This document shows, piece after piece, positions 1 to 12,356 of a DNA stretch of 64,000 bases (position 1 is the stretch's first letter; each line of letters opens with the position of its first letter). A program made the translations under genes and the position numbers. The DNA lies in NCBI RefSeq assembly GCF_018350175.1, contig NC_058369.1, positions 81,964,001 to 82,028,000 of the forward strand, read 5' to 3'. Under the pieces are notes generated by a model. It was not told the DNA's origin and did not search any database. It worked only from the letters and a program-made list of their open reading frames with translations. The DNA is from Felis catus (taxonomy: Eukaryota).

Positions 1-646
1 CTAACATTCATAACATTTATTTATGTCTCTTTCCAATTTATAAATTGAATCTGTATGGAGTGTCCCTACAGATGTTAACAGAGCTGTGCAAAAGATAAAT
101 TATTGGAATTTTAATGTGTAGAATATTATGGTGTGTCAGCCAGCCAGAAGCCTAAAGCCCAGATGACAGTAACTCTACTTTGTCATCTAATCACCTGGGG
201 AACACCCCCAAACATTCAGGGCAATTTTGGAGGCAGAAATCATGGAGGAAGTTCTTAAGGTTTAGAGGAGCTCAAAAAAATAAAGATAAATGAAGAAAGA
301 AAAATTCTGGAGAAACCATTTGATTGCTCTGGTAAGGAGAAAGAAAAAAGCAGGCATTAGTAACAGTTCTAAAAGCCACCTTGTCACCACCACCAAAATT
401 GAGAGATTCAGGTCAGTTCAAGAAGGCTGGTCAGGGAGAGGGTAGATCCCAGAAGGTGGTGCAGTGGAGAGCCAAGGAGGAAGTGAGGAGGCTGGACAAA
501 TCACTGCCCTCACTGGCACTCAGTGGAGACACCCCTAAGTCCCGCTCATCTGTGATCTTCATCCCACTTCTGAGTTCACCACTAGCTCTTCTATCGCCTC
601 TTCAGGTAGTAAAAATAGGCAGAGACAGCATGAGCTCGAAATAAGG

Positions 647-651
<5 letters not shown>

Positions 652-686
<35 letters not shown>

Positions 687-730
687 CACATATATGCATG
701 TATGTATGTAACTGTATCTGTATGTATGTA
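652..730. repeat. (TG)15 microsatellite plus TATG-rich tail
   Basis: TG run at 653-682, then tatacacatatatgcatgtatgtatg... Confidence 0.95.
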
Positions 731-740
731 CCGCCCACAG

Positions 741-968
741 AGAAATGGAAAAGAAAAAAACTGCCTTAGAATATGAACTTGAAGAGCTAAATGACTTCCT
801 AAAGAAAGTTGAAACCAAAATTAATTCCATAATGGAAGAGAAGGAGGATGTAATAAAGGAAGTTGAAGGCAAACGAGCCTTACTTGAAATAAAAGAACGA
901 GAATATAACCAATTGGTCAAGCTGTCGGAATTGACCAGAGAGAATGAAGCAACTTCACTGACTGAAAG
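741..968 (+). CDS. CCDC146: CCDC146 coding exon (1st in window)
   Basis: cacag|A GAA ATG...ACT GAA AG|gttata; [26 protein letters not shown]...ENEATSLTE matches recalled human CCDC146 (EMEKKKIVLEQEVKTLND...[10 protein letters not shown]); 228 nt, phase 2/2. Confidence 0.93.
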
Positions 969-1416
969 GTTATATTTATGTGTGTCTGTCATCTAAACTT
1001 GTCTTCAGTTTCTACTTAAGGATTCAAAACATAATCTCAAACACATTTATGTTGATTCAATAAATAGTTTATAGAATTTTGAATAGATTTTTACCTTTAT
1101 TAAAAAATAAAGTATTTCCCAGTATTTTTCCCCATTGTTTACTCATCATTTTCCTCAATTTCTTGTGACCAAATCTCAAGGACACAATGTTTATATTATT
1201 GTAAGTTTTTGAAATGTGCCTCTGAAAAGTATATCACTGGAGTATGCTATAGTTGTGGGATCTTTCCTACATATGAATGGTATTCCTCAGGTAATCATGA
1301 CTTTTTCCTAATGGGAATAATTTTGTGGTCCACGCAATTCCTTGGGAAGGTGTTAATTCCTATTTGTAAATAAAATTTTAGGGAAACTGGGAACCTCTGT
1401 CTCTGCTGAGCTGCTA

Positions 1417-1622
1417 TTTTTAAAAATATTTTTATGTTTATTTATTTTTGAGAGAGAGTGAGTGGGGCAGGGGCAGAAAGAGAGGGAGACAGAATCCAAA
1501 GCAGGCTCCAGTCTCTGAGCTGTCAGCACAGAGCCCGAAGCTGTCGGGGCTCGAACTCCCGAACCATGAGATCATGACCTGAGTTGAAGTCAGACGCTTA
1601 GTGGGGTGCCACCCGGGTTCCC
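1417..1622 (-). mobile_element. CAN-SINE (SINEC, felid type)
   Basis: Reverse T-tail, (GA)n, reversed tRNA-derived head; divergent. Confidence 0.9.
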
Positions 1623-1818
1623 TCCATTTGGTTTTTTTTTAATTAGCCTGGGACTCCAAATGATACCAACTTACAAATAAAGTTGCTTTTAACATGATTT
1701 AACGTTGGATTCTCATACGAGGATAGTTCTGTATGAATATGCTGAGTATGCTGTCTTGAGAAGCATTAAGGGCAGTTGATGACAAATCACTTTCATTTTC
1801 TCTCTTTTCCTGGAACAG

Positions 1819-2005
1819 AGGAATCTTGGATCTCAATTTACGAAACTGTCTCATTGACAAGCAGAACTACCATGATGAACTTTCTCGTAAGCAAAGAGAA
1901 AAAGAACGAGATTTTCGAAATTTAAGAAAGATGGAGCTACTCTTGAAAGTGTCCTGCGATGCACTCACTCAAACTCAAGCACTACATCAAAGGCTTCTAT
2001 TAGAG
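1819..2005 (+). CDS. CCDC146: CCDC146 coding exon
   Basis: aacag|A GGA ATC TTG...TTA GAG|gtgggt; [37 protein letters not shown]...LLLE; 187 nt. Confidence 0.95.
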
Positions 2006-2774
2006 GTGGGTGCTGTGCACCACTTTTTGATTTTTTAAGATCCGTGCCATCTTTTTGAAGTAAAGATATCTTAAAAAGTTGTTTTTGCTACCAATAAAAA
2101 AATGGAAAACAGAGAATGCTAATTTTAAAACTGCATCAAACCTATCATAGAGGCTCTGTCTTAACGTTTTTCGGTCTCTTTTTGCTAACCCAAGGTTAGA
2201 GACGTGTCTTATTTGAATCAGGCATCAGCTTGGCCAGGGGAAGCAGTGAGGCCATCCAGGTCTGGAAGAGCTCAAGGCTTCACTACAGAGTAGGACCAAG
2301 TGGACCACTGTCTATACCAGTTGAAAGAGTCAGATCCAGCGTGGTGTCACTGCAGACTGCAATAGTCAGGGACTAGATAAAAGTTTGTCAGTCAGCCTGC
2401 ACCTCCAACTAGCCAGGGTCCAACAGAACCCAGTGGCAGGCTACCTGGGTACTTCTGAGCAGTACCAATGATGTACCCCAGTCAGAGGATGCTCAGGATA
2501 GCTGGTATCTTCTCACTCTCTCTGTGCTCCCAAGTGAGGGTGTTTGGTCTTGTTGCCTCTGCACTCTCCTCCATCAGCAGCCTCTACTAATTGAACAAGC
2601 ACTTCTGAAAGGCAGTAGGTCCTTGAGCAGGATGCATCCTTTGGTGGAAAAGAGAGCAGTCTCTGAGGTGAAGCAGCCAGGTGTATAAAAACCATACCCA
2701 TTCTTTTCAGTATTGTCATGCTCTGTGACCATAAGGAGGTTCATGACCTCAGAAATTTAAACAGGAGTTTCCAA

Positions 2775-3201
2775 CTCTGCTAGACACTACTGATCCTAAA
2801 CTATACCTAATTCTCCTCTCCTTCTGGGCATGTGGGAAGTGTATACTTCCCTGCAGTTGAACAGTCACATGACTAGTTCTGGCCAATAGATTGTGGATGG
2901 AAGGGACACATGTCACTTCCAGCCCGGAATATCTGATTGCCCGTGTGAGACCCTCTAGGTTTTTTCCTCTCCTACAGCAGTTGTGGAAGTACATGATGAT
3001 ACATAAGTGCTGTAAAATGGAAGCAGTCCAAAGGCTCAGCCAATAGTGGTCTTGGACTCAGGTGCCTGGGTGGCTCAGTCAGTTAAGCGTCCGACTTCAG
3101 CTCAGGTCATGATCTTGCAGTTCGTGGGTTTGAGCCCCACATTGGGCTCTGTGCTGGCAGCTCGGAGCCTGGAGCCTCCTTTGGGTTCTGTGACTCTGTG
3201 A

Positions 3202-3242
<41 letters not shown>

Positions 3243-3447
3243 CCTTCCCTGCTCATGCTCTGTCTCTCTCTCTCTCTCTCTCAAAAATAAACATTAAAAT
3301 TTTTTTTAAAAAATTGTGGTCTTGAACAATCATCTTGACTGTCCATAGGCTTTGTCAGAGCAAAAAATAAGACTTCATGGTTTGGAGCCATGATAGTTGG
3401 GGGTTGTTTATTTCTGTAGCATAACCTAACTTATTCTGACTGAAACG
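2775..3447 (+). mobile_element. MaLR LTR (MLT1I/J/K-like) interrupted by a SINE
   Basis: ...gtcacatgactagttctggccaatag...gtcacttcc... and 3' end gttgttatttctgtagcataacctaacttattctgactgaaac resemble MLT1 consensus as recalled; ends approximate. Confidence 0.6.
3059..3312 (+). mobile_element. CAN-SINE
   Basis: ggtgcctgggtggctcagtcagttaag head, long (CT)n, A-tail; gtggtcttg repeated on both flanks. Confidence 0.93.
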
Positions 3448-3699
3448 CTAATCTTTAGCAAGGTGTGGACAAAACTGGTTAGGGTTAGGAGTGTTACAAA
3501 TGGCATTCACAAACCTTTTTTTTTTTTTCCCCTATCTCAGTGGGGCAAAATATGCTTTTTACACTTTTGCAAAACAAAGAGAACAGTTATTTATGTTTCT
3601 CATATACTTTTTAAAAAATTGTTTAATTTTTTTATTGTTTCTCATATACTTCTAATATTTTTATTACAGTTCTAGCAAGCAGATTAATTCTTTTTATCA

Positions 3700-4330
3700 C
3701 TGTGAAATCTCTTTAGAAATGCTTTTTGCCTTTGATATTAGGACATTATACGTTATACTAGCTTTTTTTGGTTAGATTTTGCCTGTTATTTCCTTTTCCA
3801 TCCATTTACTCTTACTCTTTCTGTGTCCTTACTTAGATGTGTCCTTTATATGCAGCACATACTTTTTAATATCTGGTCTGAAAATTTTTACCTTTTAGTT
3901 CTTGTATTCAGTCCAAAAACATTTCATGTAAGTATGGATCTACTGGGGCTTTTGCCCACCACATTACTATTGCTTTCTCTTTGTCCCATTTCTTTTATGT
4001 TCCATTTTCCCTCCTATATATCTTTCTTTTAGATGAATCAAAAAAAAAATGAGCTGTTCTACTTCTACTTTCAATTGTCCTATTTCCCCAATTTTAGATA
4101 TGATTTAGTTAGTTCTGCATTCTCTTCCCATCCATTAGCCTAAAGATTACAACATTCATCCTTGATTTTAATTAGAGTCCATATAAAGTAATAATTTGCT
4201 ACTTTCCAGACAGTGCTAGGTAGAACCTTTGAAGACTTTAACTCTGTTTGCCTTTGCAACTCTTACACCTTCAAACATATTTTTTTAATCCAACTTTTCA
4301 AGTTATTCTTGTTAGGAGCATTGGTCTACT
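3700..4330 (-). mobile_element. Old L1M fragment (5' ORF2 region), approximate
   Basis: tttggttag...ttccttttccatccatttactc...tgtgtcctt...cagcacata resembles antisense L1M; T-rich. Confidence 0.45.
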
Positions 4331-4685
4331 ACAAGCTATTCCATCTTAGCCCAGGTCCTAGCACATTATGATGGTTAAGTTGGAACTTTGGGCAAACACA
4401 GACCCTATGCTATCTCCTTATATTTAAGAGTAAGGTACAATAAAGCTAGTTGGGAGCTATTTCTGATGATAAGGCTTGCCACTACAGGTTAATCTGGCTG
4501 GACACAAATATATATAAGGAATGGCCTTGACCAAAGAGGAGATTGCAATAGAATGATCATACATTGTTCATATTTTAATAAATAAAAGCTTTTTATAGTA
4601 GGACACCTCTAGCTATTAAATTCACAAAATAGCACCCACTGAATATAAAATGAACAGAAATGAAACCGTATTTTAAAATCCTCTT

Positions 4686-4904
4686 GGGGCGCCTGGGTGG
4701 CTCAGTAGGTTAAGTGTCCGACTTCGGCTCGGTACACAATCTCATGGTCCCTGAGTTCGAGCCCCACGTTGGGCTCTGTGCTGACAGCTCAGAGCCTGGA
4801 GCATGCTTTGGATTCTGTGTCTTCCTCTCTCTCTGCCCCTCTGTTGCTCTCACTTGGTCTCTCTCTTTCTCTCTTAAAAACAAATAAACATTAAAAAATA
4901 AAAT
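4686..4904 (+). mobile_element. CAN-SINE
   Basis: ggggcgcctgggtggctcag head, (CT)n, A-tail; aaaatc(c/t)tctt flanks. Confidence 0.93.
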
Positions 4905-5639
4905 AAAATCTTCTTCCTTCATTGGTTTTGAGAAAAATCTGGTTTTGCCCTAGCGCAGTTTGTTTCCATGAGAGACTATGTTCCTCTTTGACCTCATGGC
5001 TTATAATTAGCCTGGCCACAGTCCTAGGCTGGCTGGCAGCACTTGAAAATAGTCACTCCCAGACTGAGTGAACATTTCAGCCTTGCACACAGTCCAAAAA
5101 GGAAGGAGATAAAAGGTAAGTATGAAGAGTTCCCGCTACTCTTCAGACTTCATTTTCCCCCTAGAGAGAGTTGTTTGATTCTCCTATTGCTTTTGACTGT
5201 AGAGACTCCAGAAATTCAAGTCACAAACCTCGTGAAAGTTTGAAATATTTTAGGAAAATATCAAAGCTTTAAAGAAACTGAGGTTCTTTTGATATCAAAT
5301 AATTGGGATGTTTACTACAACAGAATCATGTCTAACTTCTTAACTTTTATGAAGGTTACTGATGTTTGTTCATGCACTGAAAATGTCTGGAAGAACAGAC
5401 ACTAAACTATTAACCATGACTTGTGAGGAGTAGTATTTGAAGGAAAAGTAGGGAGCAGGTGTTTAATTTCTTACTTTAAACACTTTGTTTTGTTTGGTTA
5501 CAATGAACACATTTTTTTTCTAAGTGTGAAATGCTACTCTATAAAAACCCAAACATAGAACTAAAATAAATAAGCTTACAAAACCTGCTGATATATGCAA
5601 TCTGAGGCTCAAATGTAGTGGTAAATATCTCGTCACCCC

Positions 5640-6110
5640 AGTATTAGTACATAACTAGAATATAGCTAGAATCAACTTGGCTGCCAGAAGTAACAGAAAC
5701 TCAATTATAGTGACTTAACTAAATAAGGGATTGTTTTATTCACATAATAAAAAGTCCAGAGGTAGGCCCAAGATCCTCTTAGCTCTTTTTTCTGTCACCC
5801 TTAATGTGTATATTTTGTTTTGAAGGTCACAAGACAGCCATTCCACCTTTAGGCATAAGATCAAACAAACATGGGGAAGGGCAGAGAATAAAAGGCATAT
5901 GGCAGCTCGCTTGGTTGAGGTGGTGTTTTTAGCAGGAAAACAATCACTGTCCCAGGGGTCCCATCCAGCAGACTTCCATTTACATTTCACTGGCATATCC
6001 TGGTCACCCCCAGCTACAAAAGAGTCTAAGGAATCCAGGATACATTGCAGCTATGAACAAAACTGGGGTTTTATTAGTAAGGTCAAAGAAGAGGGTGGAT
6101 ATTGGCTAAG
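5640..6110 (-). mobile_element. MaLR LTR (MLT1K/L-like), approximate
   Basis: gtaacagaaactcaa...gtggcttaa-like end; cagacttcc...catttcactggc...ggtcacccccagctacaaaagagtctaaggaa motif. Confidence 0.5.
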
Positions 6111-7421
6111 CTACCAGTGGCCCACCCTGATACTTCTCCCACAAACCAAGCATCCTTAATTCCTGTCTCAAACTTGAGGGTTAGGTTTATGGAGACTTAA
6201 GAAAAGTATCAGAGAAGCAGCTAGCCAGAATCCAAAAATAAATACAATTCATTGCAGTATTGTTTGTAATTCAAAACACTCAGACATTTGTAACCTAAAT
6301 GTCTGAGACCTGAAACCAGTCAAGTTTTTTAGGGGCTTTAATTGACAAGAGAAGCTAGTGAGTGTGCCCTCATCATATCTTCTGAAAAGACCTTGTAAGG
6401 TTTCTTCATCCCAGCTAGCATTCATACACAGATTTGTCTACACTTGGGAGCCAAGCATTTGGAGTAGCCTGCTTCTGGGCACCTGTGGCAGAGAAGTACA
6501 CAGGAACTGGGGCACTTGCTGGCCTTCCTCTGAAAGAAAGAACTCTACTTTCCAGAAGGAGAAATCAAACTCTTTCCATCTGACTTCTTAACTCGTCCAT
6601 AAAATCTTCCCTGATTATTCAAGTCTACTTTGAGCTGTCCCTTTCCTGACCTGATATAGCATTTACCTGCTCCTCAGAATCACAAATTCTGTGTATTGTT
6701 ATATGGATTTCACAAGACCATGTCTCGTCTTTCTAATCCAGGGTGTGCTCCTCAGTAGCTAGCTCTCCATGGTAGGATGGAAGCAGGACATCTTGGGCAC
6801 TGGGGGGCACAGAAGGTGCTACTGAAGATACACAAGTTCATGGATTTGGGGACATCCAAAGACTTAGTTATTTTAAGAGAGCAACACAAATCTCAGAAAG
6901 ACACTGTTAAATCACTAAACAGCATGATCTTTCCCTCTTGGTACAGATTTTAGCCAATATTCCACCTTAGTGCCTAGAAGTGTGAGCTGTCACATAGGAA
7001 ATAAACTATCAGGTTGGAGTCATGTGCTTTTGGTATAAAAGTCTGACTCTAAACCTGCTCTAACTCAAGTATGCTGTCAGCACCTGAAGATAACCCTTCC
7101 TGTCTTTGGATGGTGTTTCCCCGGAAGCTGTTGTGTGTCCCCCTCCTCCTCTCTGCTTTCTTTTCCATCATAAAGAATCTGACAATTTCATTCCTAAAAG
7201 GCAGCAGAAACTGATAGAATGAAATGTTACTTTCTCCTGAAATTCTTTAGCAGAGGACAAAAGCACAAGCCAATACAATAGAAATATAATGGTGGAATTT
7301 CAGGTATCAAAAAAAAATGTAAGAGGCTTTTCTTTTGGGTAAGAACTTTTTTCCAGCTACTCATCAAATTACTACATATTGAGTAGCCAAGTATTCTTAC
7401 TAGATTAATAAATGGTTCCTA

Positions 7422-7625
7422 TTTTAAGTTTATTTATTTAGAGAGAGAGTGCATGTGCACGAGCAGGGGAGGAACAGAAAGAGAGGGAGAGAGAAAATCC
7501 CAAGCAGTCTCCACACTGTCAGCACAGAGCCTAATGTGGGGCTTGATCCCACAAACCACAAGATTGGGACCTGAGCTAAAATCAAAAGTCGTACACTTAA
7601 CCGACTGAGACACCCAGGTGCCCCT
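7422..7625 (-). mobile_element. CAN-SINE
   Basis: Reverse orientation; imperfect TSD aaatggttcctatttt / aaatggctccaatttt. Confidence 0.93.
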
Positions 7626-7754
7626 AAATGGCTCCAATTTTTTTAATCTATAAGATTTCATAAACACATTTATATTTTATAAGTATGATAAATATCACTT
7701 GAACATGCCTGTTTCCAAAGTGCTGAGTTATGAGTTAGTGAAGCAGTAAAATAC

Positions 7755-7980
7755 AATGTTAGATTCATGGACTCTGAGTCTATCCTCCTGGGTTTGCACC
7801 TGTATCACTGAGGCAAGTTGCTTAAATGTCTTTGTTCCTCCTTCTCTTCATCTGTACAATTAGAGAGAATAATATTATCTACCTCATAGGGTTTATTGTA
7901 AGGATTAAATATGACCATACACATAAGCACTTAGAACCTCTCCTGACACATTGTCAATGCTCTATAATTGTTAGCAGCTA
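7755..7980 (+). mobile_element. MIR SINE
   Basis: ggcaagttgcttaa...catctgtacaa...ctacctcatagggtttattgtaaggattaaat MIR core. Confidence 0.75.
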
Positions 7981-8199
7981 TTATTAGCAAGATTTATTTC
8001 CAAATGAAGGTGAAATATTTGCAATTTGTGAATTATAGATTTTTGGCAGGTTTTCATATTTTAGTTTACCATGACTTCATAAAGAATATTCAGCATAATA
8101 ATTTGCCCACCATTTGCAAAAGGTACACAGTGGAGTTGACTACATGACATTGAAGATTTCTTTCTTGTGTAAATAGTGGTTTTAAATTTTTATTTCCAG

Positions 8200-8295
8200 A
8201 TTGAAGCTATCCCTAAAGATGATTCTACATTATCTGAGAGAAGGAGAGAACTCCACAAGGAAGTTGAAGTGGCTAAGAGGAATTTGGCTCAACAG
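8200..8295 (+). CDS. CCDC146: CCDC146 coding exon
   Basis: ttccag|ATT GAA GCT...CAA CAG|gtcaat; [32 protein letters not shown]; 96 nt. Confidence 0.95.
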
Positions 8296-8907
8296 GTCAA
8301 TATCGACTCTTATCTAAGCTTCTATCTAAGGGTGATTAATATGAAGTTGTGGTATTTTTAACTGTGCTCCACAAAACTTCATCAATAGGAGAGTCATCAA
8401 ATATAGTATGATCCTATTTAATGTGGGTCTGTTTCTTCATCTCAGGGTCTACTTGAACCCCACGTTAAATAGGAGAAAAAGGATGTGTTTGAACAAACAA
8501 AATTATACAAATTCATGAGATTTTAAAATAAAAGGGCTACTGATTATATAATCGGATTAAAAATAAGCAATAAATGTTTTATTTCACCAATGTCTAATTT
8601 TAAATTTTCAAATTTTGTTTATTCAAGCCACTGTTAAAGTATTTTAAAACATGATTTTATGTCTCTTCTTTTTCTTCAAGTTACTTGAAAACAAAGTCTG
8701 ATTAAGAAAAACTTCTATCACATTAAAATGCTAATACTTGCGCATTCTTTCCTAAGATAAAATACTTGGAGCTAAAGCAGTCAAGTTACTTTGTTTTATG
8801 TTCTAGCAAACTAACTTCTACATAGGAAATTAAAAAAAATGTTAAGATACTGGCCCTAGTGTGTTTCTTCAAACAAATAAGTTATAATATATGGTGTTCT
8901 TCAAAAG

Positions 8908-9078
8908 AAAATCCTATCAGAAGCTGAGTCCAAGTTAGTGGAACAGCAACTTGCAGAAGAAAACAAGCTTTTAAAGGAGCAGGAAAACATGCGAGAACTT
9001 GCCTTCAACCTTGTCCGTATGACTCAAATCAAAATTGATGAGAAGGAGCAAAAATCCAAGGATTTCCTGAAAGCTCAG
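8908..9078 (+). CDS. CCDC146: CCDC146 coding exon (absent from ORF track, <60 aa)
   Basis: tcaaaag|AAA ATC CTA...GCT CAG|gtaatt; [57 protein letters not shown]; 171 nt. Confidence 0.95.
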
Positions 9079-10292
9079 GTAATTGCATTTTTGTAACCAT
9101 CCATTAATTACTATACAAGTTCAGGATAACCTCAATTTCACATACTGTTCATTAGAAAGCTGTAATTGTCTCCTTGAGTTTGACTATAGAGTTTCCCCAA
9201 ACAAGACTCAATCACATACTGAAAAATAGTTTCAGGATTTAATAAGCAGTAGTCAGCAATCTAGAGGAAAAATGAACCGCGTCAGTGGCAATGAGCAGAG
9301 GATTCGAGCACATGACAATTTCAGTAAGAAAAAGGTGGGTGCCTCCGGGGGACAGGGCTGACATAGTGGGCAGATCTCTGTGATTCCCCACCGTCTCACA
9401 TGGTGAGATGTGTCCAAGAACAAGTCAACAGCGGTAGCATTAAACTGCTCCCCACCCCCCCCCACCCGTGCCTCCCAGGTTCACCAAGCCAGCGTTGTTT
9501 AAACCAATGCGAGGACTCCCTTAGTTACTACTCCACCCCATGACTTTCCTGGGCTCCCAACAAACTAGCAGAGCTGACCCAGTGCAACATCGCCAACAAA
9601 ACAGCAATGAAACCAATGACAAAACAACTCTCCTGTCATGCTAGCTAACACTCTAACATGACAATCATTGTATTCCACAAAGGGATTATGTTCAGAGGTT
9701 CCTTGTTAAAAACGAATATGATATGACACATTACAAAAAGAGAATACCTGAATTTACCATGTGACCCAGATGTTGGCTGTTTCTGAGGGCAACCTTCATT
9801 CTGAGCAAGCATTGACACGGGGTGGCATTCTCCTCGGAAAAGCGCCTGAAAATCATGGCTTCTGTTTCTCACAAAATACCACAGGGGGTTCCATTTCTAA
9901 CATGTGTCAAAACTGACTACAAATCATCTTCCTTCAACTATCTTCCACAAACTCTTCACTTACCAGCCCGGCTGTGACGTCCATACTCACTCCTGCACTC
10001 TCTTAAAAGTTTCCCAAACTTTTCCTCAAAGACAACTCCTATAGGCTTTTTTCTTTCTCTCTTCTCTCCTTCTTTCTTGTCCTTAATTAATTCAGTTCAG
10101 CTGGCCAGGCAATTTTCAGATCTCTCCCTTACAGTTCCCCTACCCCCACCCCAAACTGCACAACCCAGCTGGCTAAGATAGAATTCTCCTTAATGGACAG
10201 GAATGAGATCAGGTGCAGCTGGGAGTATTCATGTTAGTGGTGCTGAGCTTTTTTTTTTTTTCTTAATTTCACACATAATTTTCATATTTCAG

Positions 10293-10381
10293 CAAAAATA
10301 TACCAATATTGTTAAGGAGATCAAAGCAAAGGATCTTGAAATCAGGATACACAAGAAGAAAAAACATGAAATTCATCGGAG
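10293..10381 (+). CDS. CCDC146: CCDC146 coding exon
   Basis: tttcag|CAA AAA TAT...CGG AG|gtaaaa; [29 protein letters not shown]; 89 nt, followed by an 89-nt intron. Confidence 0.95.
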
Positions 10382-10470
10382 GTAAAAGAATTACATGACG
10401 ATTTATCTTGTTAGGCGGGCAAAAAATGAATTTTATTTCATGAGTTTCAAAAACACTTGTGTTTCCACAG

Positions 10471-10635
10471 ACTCAGAGAGTTTGCTAAACTGTATGACAC
10501 TGTTCGAAATGAGAGAAACAAATTTGTTAACTTACTTCACAAAGCTCACCAGAAAGTAAATGAAATAAAAGAAAGGCATAAAATGTCATTAAATGAACTG
10601 GAAATTTTAAGAAATAGTGCAGTTACTCAAGAAAG
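10471..10635 (+). CDS. CCDC146: CCDC146 coding exon
   Basis: ccacag|A CTC AGA...GAA AG|gtaagt; [54 protein letters not shown]; 165 nt. Confidence 0.95.
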
Positions 10636-11062
10636 GTAAGTGTAATAATAACTATTGTCTTTTCAAAAGTTTCTCTTCTGATTCATTGAACTCTAAAATG
10701 CCCTGTGGATAATAAAGTAGATAATAAAGTAGAATAAAGTAAAAAGTAGAAGATAATAGTCTTACAAAGCTGTAAGAGCCCTTGCTCAAAGATGCTTTAC
10801 AGATGACAGTGTAAGCATCTGAATGTGATTCGTTATGCTTCTACTGTCTGATAGCCATATTTTTAAGTGAATAAAACACTATGTTTACACTATTTATTTT
10901 CATTTACCAAATTAGAAAGAAAAACACAAATTTGATCATTTGCATTCAAATTTGGAAGACAATCAAATGTTCATCAACCAGCATTCCCTGGTTATAGATT
11001 TGAAGCATCTAATGTGCTTGGAGAAGGCAGTATAGTGGAGTGATTAAGACAGATAGCTTTCT

Positions 11063-11392
11063 CCATAATTTGGCTTTTGCAGCAACGTGGATGGAACTAG
11101 AGAGTGTTATGCTAAGTGAAGTAAGTCATACAGAGAAAGATAGATACCATATGTTTTCACTCTTACATGGATCCTGAGAAACTTAACAGAAGACCGTGGG
11201 GGAGGGGAAGGAAAAAAAAAAAGGCTAGAGAGGGAGGGAGCCAAACCATAAGAGACTCTTAAAAACTGAGAATAAACTGAGGGTTGATGGGGGGGGTGGG
11301 TGATGGGTACTGAGGAGGGCACCTGTTGGAATGAGCACTGGGTGTTGTATGGAAACCAATTTGACAATAAATTTCATATTAAAAAATAAAAA
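11063..11392 (+). mobile_element. 5'-truncated felid L1 3' end with perfect 12-bp TSD
   Basis: gcaacgtggatggaactagagagtgttatgctaag...gacaataaatttcatattaaaaaataaaa; TSD AGATAGCTTTCT at 11051-11062 and 11393-11404. Confidence 0.93.
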
Positions 11393-11801
11393 AGATAGCT
11401 TTCTAGACTCAACAGAGCATTAAATGAATTCCTTTAGTCTTTTGATTTGGCAAAGTGGGGCAGCAGAGGCTTGGGGCACAAAAGAAAAGATGTCCTAATC
11501 CAAGGTGGGAGGGAGGAACTATAGAAACTCCTGAAGAGTATCATATAATGAATATCATTATTACTACAGTAATAATAATTATAGTAGTAAACATTATTAC
11601 TACCAGAGTAGTTCCCCCTTATCCTTGAAGGATACATTCCAAACCCCCAGTGGAGGTCTGAAACTACAGATAGTACTGAACCCTATATATTTTGTATTTT
11701 TTCCCTATATTTACATGCCTTTGATAAAGTTTAACTTATAAATTAGGCACAGTAAGAGATGAGTATAATTACCAATAAAATCGAACAACTGTAGCAATAT
11801 A

Positions 11802-12356
11802 CAGTGGACCCTTGAACAACACAGGTTGGGGCGGGGGGCACCCCCTGCACAGTTGAAAATCTGCATATAACTTTTAACTCCCCCCCCCAAACTTAACTAC
11901 TAAGAGCCTACTGTTGACTGGACACCTTATCAGTAACATTTGATTAACAAATATTATGTATGGTACATGTATTATATACTGTATTCTTACAATAAGGTAA
12001 GCTGGAGAAAAGAAAATGTTAAGAAAATCATAAAAAACGGGCACCTGGGTGGCTCAGTCGGTTAAGCGTCTGACTTCGGCTCAGGTCATGATTTGGGGGA
12101 GAGGGGGTTTCCAGCTCCCTTAGGGCTCTGTGCTGACAGCTCAGAGCCTGGAGCCTGCTTCGGATTCTGTGTTTCCTTCTCTCTCTGCCCTCCCCCACTC
12201 ATGCTCTCTTTCTGTCTCTCAAAAAGAAACGTTAAAAAAATTTTTTTAAATCATAAAAAAGAGAATACATTTACAGTACTGTGCTGTATTTTTTTTTTTA
12301 AATCACGTGTAAGTGGACCCATGCAGTTCAAACCTGTTTTGTTCAAGCGTCGGCTG
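11802..12356. mobile_element. Tigger2-derived MITE (MER8/Tigger2a-like) with TA TSD
   Basis: TA|CAGTGGACCCTTGAACAACACAGGTT...AACCTGTTTTGTTCAAGCGTCGGCTG|TA terminal inverted repeats. Confidence 0.85.
12038..12247 (+). mobile_element. CAN-SINE nested in the Tigger2 MITE
   Basis: TSD AAATCATAAAAAA at 12025-12037 and 12248-12260. Confidence 0.93.

Noticed and set aside
4686-4760. tRNA-like A/B box sequences (tggctcagt...gttcgagcc), here and at every SINE head
   Set aside because: tRNA-derived SINE heads followed by CT region and A-tail, not tRNA genes.
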